DNA of 64,000 nucleotides, from contig CAVXYW010000002.1 of NCBI GenBank assembly GCA_963766295.1, forward strand, positions 123,929-187,928, written 5' to 3'. Under the pieces are notes generated by a model. That model was given only the letters and a program-made list of their open reading frames with translations. It was not told where the DNA came from and made no database searches. A program made the position numbers and the translations under genes. Positions 38,039-48,211 of the stretch are shown here, piece by piece; the first letter of the stretch is position 1; every line of letters begins with the position of its first letter. The stretch comes from an uncultured Actinomycetes bacterium (GTDB taxonomy: Bacteria > Actinomycetota > JAICYB01).

Positions 38039-38644
38039 ATGGAGCTAGTTCTCGTCCGGCACGCGCTGCCCGAACGCATCGTCAAAGAAGGAAGTGCAGC
38101 GGATCCACCACTTACCGATCTCGGACGCCGCCAAGCCGAGGCGGCGGCGAAGTGGCTCTCGGTCGAGAAGTTCGACGCCTTGTACTCCAGTCCCATGCAG
38201 CGAGCGAGAGAGACCGCCGACCCTTTGGCTTCGCTTCTTGGTCTTGAAATTCGCCTAGAGGACGGCATCGCCGAATACGACCGTCAGTCAGAGGTGTACA
38301 TCCCGATCGAAGAGGTCAAGCGCAGCGACGACCCCGAGTTGCAAGCGCACTGGCGCGCTCTGGCTGAGGATCGCCTGGACGATCTTATCGAGGACGCACA
38401 CACTTTCCGTCCGCGCGTTGCCGAAGCGATCGCGCGGATCATCGGCACCCATTCCGGTCAGCGGGTCGCGGCCGTTTGTCACGGCGGAGTCATCAATGTC
38501 GCGCTCGCCGAGGTCCTCGGGCTGCAGCGGAGCCTGTGGTTCGAGCCGGCCTACGCATCGATCCATCGCGTCGTGGCAGCGCGTTCGGGGATCCGCAGCA
38601 TCGCGAGCATCAACGAGACCGGGCACCTCCGCGGCATCGAATAA
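38039..38644 (+). CDS. Histidine phosphatase family protein
   Basis: LVRHA, SSPMQRARET, VCHGGVI. Confidence 0.9.
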   Translation: MELVLVRHALPERIVKEGSAADPPLTDLGRRQAEAAAKWLSVEKFDALYSSPMQRARETADPLASLLGLEIRLEDGIAEYDRQSEVYIPIEEVKRSDDPELQAHWRALAEDRLDDLIEDAHTFRPRVAEAIARIIGTHSGQRVAAVCHGGVINVALAEVLGLQRSLWFEPAYASIHRVVAARSGIRSIASINETGHLRGIE

Positions 38645-38752
38645 GAGGCGCAAACCAGCCCTACCAGCGGCAATGCAGAAGGTAGTTGACGCCAACCTGT
38701 GGGAATGCTGGTATCAGCGGTCCGGCGCACCGTACAAAGGGGTGGGAAGCCC

Positions 38753-40208
38753 ATGGCCGTCGAGACGCTTGATCGTCCTTCACCTATAGGACCGATCCTT
38801 CCCGCGTGGACCAGGCCGCTGCGTCCGGCGGCACCAATCGTATTCGCTGCGAACCGCGACTGCCGTCGCGTTCGACCTCGCTATGCGCTCGCATCCGGTA
38901 GGCATCGCGGGCGCGATCTCGGTCGCGCTGCTGGCATGCACGGTTTTGGCCACCGGTGAGGTGAACAACAGACAGAGTCAAGCGCTTCTCCTCCTTGGCG
39001 TCACGATGGGGGCGTGGCTCTCAGTACGTGCAACGCCCTGGCTCGCGCCGCTCAACGTCCTTGCAGCGTCGGCAAGCTTGGTAGCTGCCGCGTCGCTGGC
39101 CCGTGCCGGCAGCGTTTTCGACTTCTCGGCTCCCAGAACTGTTATTCGCGTGGTCCACGCCGCCATGAACGGCATCCTCGGACCCGGCTATCTGGTGCGC
39201 GGACGCATCACCCGTATGGCGCCGGTGATTCGAGGTGTTGTCATCGCCGCGCCGCTGGCGATTGTGGTCGGCCTTCTGTTTGCCGCCGGCGACGCGGTCT
39301 TTGCGTCGGCATTCAAGTTCGACGCAACCGACTACGTCGTGCATGCCGTCCTGTTGCTGATCGGGGTGTGGGGTGCAGCCGGGCTCGCACGCGTGGCTGC
39401 AACACCGTCGATCGACGATCCGGATGTGACCATGCCGATGCTCGGTCGCATCGAGTGGACGATCGTTCTGGTTGCTTTGAACGTGCTCTTCCTCGGGTTC
39501 GTTGCCGCTCGCATCGTCGCTGCGACCCACGGCGGCGAGCGCGTACTGTCCACGGCCGGCCTGAGCTATGCGGAGTACGCGCGTTCGGGCTTCTTCGAGC
39601 TCTTGTGGGCGGCGGCGATCACGCTGGCTGCCCTGATAGTCCTACGGGCAGTTGCCGACACGAAAGACGCGCGTTCGCGCTTCCTCTTCAAATTGCTGGC
39701 GGTGAGCACGGTTTTCCTGACCATGCTCGTAGTGGCGTCGGCTTTCCAGCGTCTAGTGCTGTACGAGCACGCCTTCGGTCTCTCGATGCTTCGTCTGTAC
39801 AGCATGGCGTTCTGCGTGTGGCTCGTCATCGCCCTGGTTGCGCTTGCGCTGTGGATCGGCGGAGTCGGCGGTCACCGGCCTTGGTTCTGGGGTGTCGCAG
39901 CGATAAGCGCGGTCGCGCTCGTGCTGGCGCTCAACGTGCTCAATCCGGAAGCCTTCGTCGTCAAGCACAACGTGAACGCCGGGACGCAAACCTTCGACGT
40001 GGACTATGCAGCCGATCTCTCGGACGATGCAGTGCCGGCCCTGACCGAGATCGCGCGGCGTAGCGATGACGATGTCAAGGAAAACTTGACGAGGGCGGTT
40101 TGCTCCAACGACGACAGCGAGTTCGAACCCGAAGATGGGGTGGCCGGCTTCAATCTCGGCCGAGAGGCGGCTCGTGACGCCCGCGCGTCGTTCTGCCCCG
40201 CGCCGTAA
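38753..40208 (+). CDS. DUF4153/DUF4173-like multi-pass membrane protein, apparent +1 frameshift near 38852
   Basis: LSYAEYARSGFFEL, RLVLYEHAFGLSMLR, LNPEAFV, DLSDDAVPAL. The N-terminus from ATG 38753 is in a different frame from the main ORF (38883-40208). Confidence 0.75.
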
Positions 40209-40701
40209 ACCCGGCCGGACGACGATCCGGTCTGCGACTCCATCCGACCTTCCTTTCCTGAAACTCATGTGGTTCGAGGCTGCGTTCTGGGATCCAACGA
40301 TGTCGCGTCCGTCGATGGAGCAAGCGCTGGCGATCCCCGAGCTGGCCCGCTACATCCAGGAGTGGGGCCGACCGGGTGACGCGGCCGTCATCGCCAGCGA
40401 CGACCGGCCGGTTGGTGCGGCCTGGTACCGCCTCTTCCGTTCCGACGACCGTGGCTACGGATTCGTGGACGAAAACACCCCAGAGCTCGGGATCGGGATC
40501 ACACTTCTTCGTCGCGGAGAGGGCCTGGGCACACGGCTCCTTGATGCGCTGTGCGAGCGAGCGTCCTCTGATGGCTTCACAAGCATCAGTCTGTCCGTGG
40601 TCAAGAAGAACCCCTCGGTCCGCCTCTACGAGCGCGCCGGATTCGTCGTTATTGAAGGCGACGAGAACAGCTGGAAGATGGTCAAGCGCCTGGGGGCGTG
40701 A
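40174..40701 (+). CDS. GNAT N-acetyltransferase
   Basis: GAAWYRLF, YGFVDENTPELGI, RRGEGLGTRLL, RLYERAGF. Start uncertain. Confidence 0.87.
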   Translation: MTPARRSAPRRKPGRTTIRSATPSDLPFLKLMWFEAAFWDPTMSRPSMEQALAIPELARYIQEWGRPGDAAVIASDDRPVGAAWYRLFRSDDRGYGFVDENTPELGIGITLLRRGEGLGTRLLDALCERASSDGFTSISLSVVKKNPSVRLYERAGFVVIEGDENSWKMVKRLGA

Positions 40702-40752
40702 GCATAATCGCGTGATAGATTTCGCATTTCGAACAACGCTCGCCGCGGGGAG

Positions 40753-42591
40753 GTGGCAGGTTTGACGAGGGACGTCGCCGCCGAAGCTAAGAAGATCGAC
40801 GAAGCGGTCGCCGGCAAGACCATCGCAACGTTCTTTCAGGACGCAACGAAGAAGTTCGCCGATGTCGAAGCACTGAAGTGGAAAGACGGCGAAGACTGGA
40901 AGTCGGCTACGTGGGCCGAGTACGGCGACCGTGTGCGCGACTTCGGCAAGGGCATGATCGCGCTGGGGTTGCAGCCCGGTGACTTCGTCAACCTGATCGG
41001 CGCGAACACCCCCGATTACGTGATATCGGATCTGGGCGTTCTGCACGCCGGCGGCGTCCCGGTCTCCCTTTACAACACCCTTGCGCCAGAGCAGATCTCG
41101 TACATCGTGAGCCACTGCGATGCCAAGTACGTCATCTGCGAGAACCGCAACTACCTCGAGCTGATCCTCAAGGTGCAAAGCGAGATCCCGAACATCCGCA
41201 AGGTCATCATGTGGGAAGGCGCGGACGAGTTCGCGGACAACGATTGGATCGTCTCCTACGACGACGTCATCGCCATGGGCCGCGAGGTCGACGATGCGGA
41301 GTACGAGAAGCGCTGGAATGCGATCGATCCCGAAGATCTAGTAACGCTCATCTACACATCCGGAACGACCGGACCCCCGAAGGGCGTTATGGTTTCGCAC
41401 CGCAACGTGTGCTGGACCGTTACGTCGTTCCTTAACGTGATGCCTTTGGGCGCTGGGACCAAGCAGATCTCCTACCTGCCGATGGCGCACATCGCCGAGC
41501 GCATGATCGGACACTACGGTCCGCTGCAGATCGGATCGACGATCTACTTCTGCCCGGACGCCCGTCAGGTCGCGGCATACCTGCGCGACGTGAAGCCGAC
41601 GTGGTTCTTCGCGGTTCCACGCATCTGGGAGAAGCTCTATCAAGGACTGCAGAATGCGCTCGATGGATCGCCCGACGACCAGAAGAAAGCTGCGTTGGAT
41701 GCACTTGCCGTTCGTAAGCAAGTCGTCGAACTGGAGCACGCCGGCAAAGACCTTCCCGAAGACTTAAAGAAGAAGAACGAGGAAGCGCTGCCCGTCGTAG
41801 GTTTCATACGGACCCTGGTCGGTCTCGATGAGGTGGAGGTCGCCGGCACCGGCGCGGCTCCCATCGCGCCGGAGATCATCGAGTTCTTCTGGCAGCTCGG
41901 CGTCGAGCTCTACGAGGTGTACGGGCAGTCCGAGGACACGGGTCCGACGTCGTGGAATCGTCCGGGCATGGTCAAGATCGGTTCGGTCGGTCCGTCGATC
42001 CCCGGTGTCGAGGTGAAGTTGGCCGAGGACGGGGAACTGCTCGTCCGCGGCGGCAACGTCACGGAGGGCTACTACAAAGAACCCGAACTAACCGCAGAGA
42101 CGTTCGACTCCGAAGGCTGGTTGCACTCCGGTGACGTTGCCGAGATCGACGACAAAGGATTCATCAAGATCGTCGACCGCAAGAAAGAGATCCTGATCAC
42201 CGCCGGCGGCAAGAACGTGGCACCGTCCAACGTGGAGAACATGCTCAAGGGCCACCCGCTCGTCGGTCAGGCGTGCATGATCGCCGACAAGCGTCCGTAC
42301 TCGACGGCTTTGCTGGCGCTTGATCCGGACGACGCCGCCGCGTGGGCAACGAAGAAGGGAAAGCCTACCGACGTTGCGTCGCTCTCACAGGACGAGGACG
42401 TGATCGCCAGCGTTCAGAAGCACATCGACGAGATGAACACCAAGCTTCACAACCAGGAGCAGATAAAGAAGTTCACGATCCTGCCCATGCCATGGTCGGT
42501 CGACTCGGGCGAGGTGACACCGACGCTCAAGATGAAGCGGAAGGTCGTCAACCAGAAGTTCACCGACGAGATCGAGCGGATGTACGCCTGA
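40753..42591 (+). CDS. Long-chain fatty acid-CoA ligase (FadD15-like)
   Basis: YTSGTTGPPKG, YLPMAHIAER, YGQSE, SGD, TAGGKN, TPTLKMKR. Confidence 0.93.
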   Translation: MAGLTRDVAAEAKKIDEAVAGKTIATFFQDATKKFADVEALKWKDGEDWKSATWAEYGDRVRDFGKGMIALGLQPGDFVNLIGANTPDYVISDLGVLHAGGVPVSLYNTLAPEQISYIVSHCDAKYVICENRNYLELILKVQSEIPNIRKVIMWEGADEFADNDWIVSYDDVIAMGREVDDAEYEKRWNAIDPEDLVTLIYTSGTTGPPKGVMVSHRNVCWTVTSFLNVMPLGAGTKQISYLPMAHIAERMIGHYGPLQIGSTIYFCPDARQVAAYLRDVKPTWFFAVPRIWEKLYQGLQNALDGSPDDQKKAALDALAVRKQVVELEHAGKDLPEDLKKKNEEALPVVGFIRTLVGLDEVEVAGTGAAPIAPEIIEFFWQLGVELYEVYGQSEDTGPTSWNRPGMVKIGSVGPSIPGVEVKLAEDGELLVRGGNVTEGYYKEPELTAETFDSEGWLHSGDVAEIDDKGFIKIVDRKKEILITAGGKNVAPSNVENMLKGHPLVGQACMIADKRPYSTALLALDPDDAAAWATKKGKPTDVASLSQDEDVIASVQKHIDEMNTKLHNQEQIKKFTILPMPWSVDSGEVTPTLKMKRKVVNQKFTDEIERMYA

Positions 42592-43076
42592 GCGTCGAGG
42601 ACGCTCCGCCCGGACACGCCGACGAGAAAAAGATGCTGCTCGGCTGGCTCGAGCTGCATCGCGACATCATGGCCTTCAAGATCGAGGGCCTATCGGAACA
42701 GCAAGCGCGGTTTAAGCCGAGCCCGACGGCTAATTCCTTGCTGAACCTAATCGTCCACCTGACGGGCGTCGAGCGGAACTGGTTCCAAAGGATCGTCGCG
42801 GGAAATGAAGTGGACCGAGACCGCGACGCTGAATTCGGTGATCTTTCGACCACCGTTTCCGGGGCCGTCGAGGCATACCGCGCGGAATGCCTGAAGTCGA
42901 ACAAGGTGATCGACGAAATTGCGCCGGTCGATGCGTGCAGTGGGGAACCGGGCTACAGCGTCCGGTGGGTGCTTCTCCACATGATCGAAGAGACGGCGCG
43001 GCACGCCGGTCACGCGGACATCACTCGCGAATTGATCGATGGCGCCGTCGGATGGAATCGCAAGGACCGCGGCTAG
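42588..43076 (+). CDS. DinB/DUF664 family protein
   Basis: HLTGVERNWF, HMIEETARHAGHADITRELIDG. Start uncertain (CTG 42588 or ATG 42633). Confidence 0.87.
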   Translation: MSVEDAPPGHADEKKMLLGWLELHRDIMAFKIEGLSEQQARFKPSPTANSLLNLIVHLTGVERNWFQRIVAGNEVDRDRDAEFGDLSTTVSGAVEAYRAECLKSNKVIDEIAPVDACSGEPGYSVRWVLLHMIEETARHAGHADITRELIDGAVGWNRKDRG

Positions 43077-44458
43077 ACCCGCTCGCTAGGCTTAGGCGCG
43101 CGGCGGGTAGCCCGATTGCCGTTCGCTTGGTGGTGCGGAACGCGGAACGTTAGCACCCGTCGGGCGATGCTCGGACGCATCACGCTCTCCGGCCGCGCTT
43201 TCATGTGCGCGACATCGTGGAAGGCTCGCGCCACTGCGGGATCGGCGGCGGCAGCAGCCTGAAGACGGTGCATGTACCGGTTGGCCATCCGGATCTTTGG
43301 GGTCCGCTTGCCGGCGATCTCTGGGAATCGGAAGTCGCCGCCCGCCGACATGTCCCAGGCACTATTCACGACCGGAGTCACCGCCCGGAAGAACCGCTTC
43401 CACAGCCCGTCGACGCCATCCTCGACGATACGGCGAAGTTCGAGCGCCTCGAGTGCAGCCACCGTCATGCCCTGGGCGTAGACCGGGTTGAAGCTAGTGA
43501 TCGCGTCACCGAACACGAGGAATCTCTCCGGGACGCTGGACACCCGCTCGTAGCGACGGCGGCGGCTGGCCGGGAAGCGGAACGTTGCGCCCGGCCCAAT
43601 CGGCTCGCGATCGCGGATCATGTCGTACAAGTCGGGCGCAGACAGCTTGGACGTGTGATCGATAAAGCCGGCGATGTCGCTGGGGATCGGTTCGCCGACG
43701 TAAGAGCCGATCGTCACCGTCCACGCGTTACCTTCCGCAGCCAAAGCGATCCCGAAGCGATGATCGGGCGGGTTCGGAACTAGCCCGACCATCACGCCAC
43801 CATCGAGGTCGTCCGGCCTACGTGGGAACGTGAACGTCGCGTAGGAGATCCCTACACCGACCTCGTCGACTGCCGGCGCCGGATAGCCCAGCCCCTCCAG
43901 CCACGCCGGCGTCCGTGACCCTCGGCCCGTAGCGTCGACGACGAGTTCGGCCTCGATCGTCTCCTCGGAGCTGTCCCTCTTCGTACGCATGACCTGCACC
44001 CCGCGCACCCATCCGCCCTCGTGAACCAATCCGTGGACGGCGCACCCCTCGACGATCTCAACGTTTTCCATCGCTGCGACCCGTTCGCTCACGTATGACT
44101 CGAACAGCGGTCGGGACAGGCACAGGCCGGCGAAACCGGCCTCCGTCTCCACGAGCGTCCGACCGTCGAAGATCCAACGGGTACTCAGACCGACATCACC
44201 CGTAGGGACGGCACCTCGCTCGATGAGGTCCGACGTCAAGCCCTCGAACAGCTCTTCGTAGGCTTCGAGGCCTCTGGCCAGCAGGCCGTGGGCGTGCTTG
44301 CCCTGGGGGACGCCCCGTCGGGTGGCCGCCTTCCGTGGGAGGACGTCCCGCTCGATGATCGTGACGTGCTCGAAGCGATCGGCCAGGGCCCCGGCCGCGG
44401 CCAGCCCGCCCATGCTGGCACCCAGCACCACAGCATGACCACCGGTGTTCCCGTTCAT
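43073..44458 (-). CDS. FAD-dependent oxidoreductase/monooxygenase
   Basis: VLGASMGGL, RRGVPQGKHAH, VDATGRGS, GDAITSFNPVYAQGM. Confidence 0.88.
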   Translation of the reverse strand: MNGNTGGHAVVLGASMGGLAAAGALADRFEHVTIIERDVLPRKAATRRGVPQGKHAHGLLARGLEAYEELFEGLTSDLIERGAVPTGDVGLSTRWIFDGRTLVETEAGFAGLCLSRPLFESYVSERVAAMENVEIVEGCAVHGLVHEGGWVRGVQVMRTKRDSSEETIEAELVVDATGRGSRTPAWLEGLGYPAPAVDEVGVGISYATFTFPRRPDDLDGGVMVGLVPNPPDHRFGIALAAEGNAWTVTIGSYVGEPIPSDIAGFIDHTSKLSAPDLYDMIRDREPIGPGATFRFPASRRRRYERVSSVPERFLVFGDAITSFNPVYAQGMTVAALEALELRRIVEDGVDGLWKRFFRAVTPVVNSAWDMSAGGDFRFPEIAGKRTPKIRMANRYMHRLQAAAAADPAVARAFHDVAHMKARPESVMRPSIARRVLTFRVPHHQANGNRATRRAPKPSERV

Positions 44459-45267
44459 CGTCCTACCTCCAGTGGCTCCATTGCCGCGAGGCGCTGGGGC
44501 ACCCCGGCGTCGTGTGACGGGACCATCACCGTCGGGACGTCGGAGATGAAGCTGTGGATCCGCCGACTGGTCTCGCGGGCTAGCTTCGGGAAGAAGATGC
44601 CGAGACCGAGGAGGTTCCCGGCCGCTAAGTCCTCGCAGAACCAGTCCTGCCGGAGCATGTGGTCGGCGGTGAAGAACAGTCGCACGTCGTCGGTGCGGAC
44701 GATCACGCCGACTTGTCCGATTGTGTGCCCGGGGAGGGGGACGATACGGACGGTGCCGTCCGCGGTCACGGCGTGGCTGTTTGGAAAGGGGCCGTAAGGC
44801 CCGTCGTCGAGATCGAAGAGTGTCGGACGGAAGCCCGCCGGCCAGAGCTCCGGTTCATAGCGGAGCTTTCCCATCCGCGTCGATGCGAATGCGTGCTCGG
44901 GACGGTGGACGAGCACCTCCGCGTTGGGGAAGTGCGCGAGGCCCCCGGCGTGGTCCCAGTCGAGATGCGTCATTACTACGGTGCGGACGTCGGTGGGATC
45001 CAGGCCCACCGCACGCATCCGCGGACCGATCTCCTCCTCGACCATCGGCCGCGGGACGAAGCGCCGCTGCACCCACGGCCGAGGCGACCGGAGCTTGGCC
45101 GTCATCCCAGTGTCGATAGCGATGGGGCCGTCTGGGTGCTCGACCACGAAGCTGTAGGCGGGAAACTCGAAGTCCCTTCGGGCGCGAAGTAGCGATCTCC
45201 AGCTGCTGCCGCGCATGAACGTCTGGTTGCCGATCAGACTGCCCGTTTGGAACACATGTACACGCAT
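44455..45267 (-). CDS. Metallo-beta-lactamase fold hydrolase, AHL-lactonase-like
   Basis: IDTG, THLDWDHAGG, PGHT, TAD, PSHD. GGAGG RBS before ATG 45267. Confidence 0.82.
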   Translation of the reverse strand: MRVHVFQTGSLIGNQTFMRGSSWRSLLRARRDFEFPAYSFVVEHPDGPIAIDTGMTAKLRSPRPWVQRRFVPRPMVEEEIGPRMRAVGLDPTDVRTVVMTHLDWDHAGGLAHFPNAEVLVHRPEHAFASTRMGKLRYEPELWPAGFRPTLFDLDDGPYGPFPNSHAVTADGTVRIVPLPGHTIGQVGVIVRTDDVRLFFTADHMLRQDWFCEDLAAGNLLGLGIFFPKLARETSRRIHSFISDVPTVMVPSHDAGVPQRLAAMEPLEVGR

Positions 45268-45369
45268 CCCGTCCACCTCCTGGCTCGCTGATGAGAGCAG
45301 CTTGATGCCGGGCGGGCGGATGCACACCGTGGAGCACCCCCTGGGATTTCCCGCCCCGACGGAGGGGCG

Positions 45370-45403
45370 AGGTGCTCTAGGTGCTCTAGGTGCTCAGGTG
45401 CTC
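45370..45403. repeat. Tandem repeat AGGTGCTC(T) x4 spanning the regulator stop codon
   Basis: aggtgctct aggtgctct aggtgctc aggtgctc. Confidence 0.8.
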
Positions 45404-48211
45404 GGGGAGCTCTCCGCGCGTGGAGATCCCGAGCTTGGCGAAAGCGTGTGTGAGGTGGCCCTCGACGGTCCGCTCCGTGACGAACAGCTCTTGGGCGATC
45501 TGCCGATTCGTCAGACCCTCGGCCGCCATCCGTGCCACCCGCAGCTCGCTCGGGGTGAGGGCATCGACGCCCGTGCGCGCGAACCGCCGCGGCCGGGCCC
45601 CCGCGGCGAGGAGCTCTTCCCGGGCTCGCTCGACTAGTGGCCGTGCGCCGCACCGGTGTGCGATCTCCATCCCCGCGTGCAGCGATTCACGCGCTTCCGT
45701 GCGTTTCCCCGACCGGCGGATGGCCGCTCCCAACTCGATGAGGGATCGCGCGTACTCGAGCCGAGCGCCCGACCCCTCCAGTAGCGAGACGCTCTCCCGA
45801 AAAAGCTCGATCGAGCGATCGGTGCAAAGGCCGAGCGTACGCTTGGCGACGCCGACCTCCCTCGGCGCGCCCCACCGCTTCGAGCGCTCGAGTTGCTCCG
45901 TCCCGTACTTGGCGGCTCGTTCCCGGTCGTCTCGCGCGAGGGCAACAAGCGCCAGACCGGTTAGGTGGTCGAAGATGGCCGGGACGGAGATGTCGCGGGC
46001 ATCGTTGCGCCGCTCGAGTTCTTCGAAGTCGGCCGCCGCTTCTTCGATCCGCCGCTGTACAACACGAAGCTTTCCGCGCGCCTCGAGGAGGACGTTGTTG
46101 GGCGCGAAGCCGTCCGGTATATCGCCGCTCAAGCCACATTCGACGAGTGCGTCGTCAGCCTCCGTCACCTCGCCGAGCTCGAAGAGGGCCTCCACCAGCA
46201 CGGCTAGCCCGTTGATCCAGCCTGAGAAAACCGTTGCGCGTCCCATGTCGACTGCCGTGCGAGCGTGCGCGACCGCCTCACGCAGGGCTCCCCGCCGGAG
46301 GTTGAGGGTCGAGCGGGCGAGGTTGGCACGTATCGAGCCGATGACCGACGGGTGTCGATCCAGCTCCTCGAACGCTTCGTTCACGAGCCGTTCGGCTCCC
46401 TCGAAGTCGCCCGAGACGATGAGCATGTGTGCGACCTGGCTCCAAGCGATGGCTCCCGACCTCAGCTCGGAGACGACGCCGGCGTCGAGGGCCCGGCGGC
46501 CGAGCTCGCTCACCTTCGCGGCGGGGCCGCCTCGTATCCCTGTCACGAGCGTCTTAGCGGCGAGGTAGTTGCGGGCGGCAGGCGATGTACCGAGCTTTTC
46601 GTCGAGGTCCTCGACGTGTCTTCGCTCCCCATCACGTGGTGGACCCAACGCCGACATGATCATGAGGTCGGCCCGGAGCACGAGCTCGCTATCGAAGTCG
46701 TCGGCTTCGTCGACCAGGTCTTCGATGATCCGCATCGCTTCAGGGAAACGCGCCAGGAGCGAGAGCGCCGCGGCACGTTCGCGGGCCATCGAGAATCGCA
46801 GGGAGGGATCGGCCGTGGCGCGTTGTGCCTCATCGAAGTGAACGCTGGCGGCCGCGGTTCTTCCGGCCAGGATCTCGGCGCGTCCCAGCTCGGCCAGGAC
46901 CTCCGGACGCGCGGTCGGATCGGGAGGCTCCTGGAGGGCACGCTCTAGATACGAAACGGCGTGGACATCAGCTCCGCGCGTCAGGGCCGTCCGTGCGGCA
47001 TCGCGCAACACCTCGACTGACTCCGGATCACCGCACGGGTCGGATACGAGCAGATGCCCGGCTATACGGTCGGCCGGGAATCCCTCGTTTCTGAGAAGCT
47101 CTGCCGCGAGCGCATGCAGTCGACTCCGCTCCCCGGTCGGTATCTCCTGGTACACGGCCGAACGGACGATCGGATGGACGAACTCGATGGGGCGTCCGGG
47201 CGAGATGATCCCGGCGGCGGCGAGATCGTCGAGCACCAGCGCCACCTGCTCCTGTGTAACGCCGGCCGCGCGCGCGAGCCGCGGCACCGCTGCATCGGCA
47301 TCGAGGACGGCAACCACCCGGGCGATGCTCGCGGCTTCCGCTGAAAGTCGCTGGACTCTGGTGCTCACCGAGCGCACGACCGTCCGGGGACCGAGGTGAT
47401 CGATCGATGCGGCAGAGTCCGCGATCGGGTCGAGTTCTCGCTCTCCGATCTCCCGGATGAGCTCCCGCAATAGGAACGGTGTGCCTCCCGTGGCGCGCAC
47501 GCACGCGTCGACGAAGGCTGGGTCGGGTTCGCGGCCGAGCCCGTCGGCGAGCAGACTCGCCGTGGCGCTGTGGGTCAGTGGCGGCGGTGAGATGGCGATC
47601 GTTTGCGGATCGGCCATCAGCCCCGTCAGTGCATCGTCGGTGACCGACTCGGCCGGACGCGTGGCGATCAGCACCGCGATCGGAAGGCCTTCGAGGCGCT
47701 GGGCGAGGTAGGCGAGGAACCTCAGCGATTCGGTGTCCACCCAATGCGCATCGTCCACCGCTAGCAAAAGGGGCCGCGAACGCGAGAGATTGGCGCAGAG
47801 CCAATACAGCCCGTGCAATATCTCGAAGGACCTTTCGGCTGCAGAACCTTCAGAGGTGCTGGAAAGCTCGAACAGAGGCCTGGCCAGGGCCGCGGTGCCG
47901 GAGAAGAGTTCGCCGTGCTCCATTTGATGAGCACCGATGACCCAAGGCTCGAGCAGCTGGCGGACGACCCCAAAGGCGAACCCTCGCTCGAGTTCAGATC
48001 CTCGACCTGAGGCCACCGCCATGCCACGACCGTCCGCGTGTTCGAGCGACACATGGACGAGCGCTGTCTTCCCGATGCCGGCGGGACCTTCGATAAGAAC
48101 GAGCGTCCCCTTCGCGTCGCCGGCCGCGTCGAGAGAGTCATCGATCCGGCCGATCTCAGCGCTGCGTTCGAGTAGTTGGGTCGTGCCGGAACCTGGCGCC
48201 CTAGTGCTCAA
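45386..48211 (-). CDS. Large ATP-binding LuxR (LAL/MalT-like) transcriptional regulator
   Basis: Walker A GPAGIGKT, Walker B VDDAHW, TGGTPFL, C-terminal LuxR HTH (LTPSE...TNRQIAQELFVTERTVEGHL). Confidence 0.93.
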   Translation of the reverse strand: MSTRAPGSGTTQLLERSAEIGRIDDSLDAAGDAKGTLVLIEGPAGIGKTALVHVSLEHADGRGMAVASGRGSELERGFAFGVVRQLLEPWVIGAHQMEHGELFSGTAALARPLFELSSTSEGSAAERSFEILHGLYWLCANLSRSRPLLLAVDDAHWVDTESLRFLAYLAQRLEGLPIAVLIATRPAESVTDDALTGLMADPQTIAISPPPLTHSATASLLADGLGREPDPAFVDACVRATGGTPFLLRELIREIGERELDPIADSAASIDHLGPRTVVRSVSTRVQRLSAEAASIARVVAVLDADAAVPRLARAAGVTQEQVALVLDDLAAAGIISPGRPIEFVHPIVRSAVYQEIPTGERSRLHALAAELLRNEGFPADRIAGHLLVSDPCGDPESVEVLRDAARTALTRGADVHAVSYLERALQEPPDPTARPEVLAELGRAEILAGRTAAASVHFDEAQRATADPSLRFSMARERAAALSLLARFPEAMRIIEDLVDEADDFDSELVLRADLMIMSALGPPRDGERRHVEDLDEKLGTSPAARNYLAAKTLVTGIRGGPAAKVSELGRRALDAGVVSELRSGAIAWSQVAHMLIVSGDFEGAERLVNEAFEELDRHPSVIGSIRANLARSTLNLRRGALREAVAHARTAVDMGRATVFSGWINGLAVLVEALFELGEVTEADDALVECGLSGDIPDGFAPNNVLLEARGKLRVVQRRIEEAAADFEELERRNDARDISVPAIFDHLTGLALVALARDDRERAAKYGTEQLERSKRWGAPREVGVAKRTLGLCTDRSIELFRESVSLLEGSGARLEYARSLIELGAAIRRSGKRTEARESLHAGMEIAHRCGARPLVERAREELLAAGARPRRFARTGVDALTPSELRVARMAAEGLTNRQIAQELFVTERTVEGHLTHAFAKLGISTRGELPEHLST

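Noticed and set aside
45370-45403. Possible CRISPR-like repeat
   Set aside because: Units are 8-9 bp, with no spacers and no cas genes.
45390-46568. Long antisense and alternative-frame ORFs (also 25477-26490, 33666-34799, 60315-61652 and many others)
   Set aside because: Shadows of well-supported genes, expected in high-GC DNA; no motifs.
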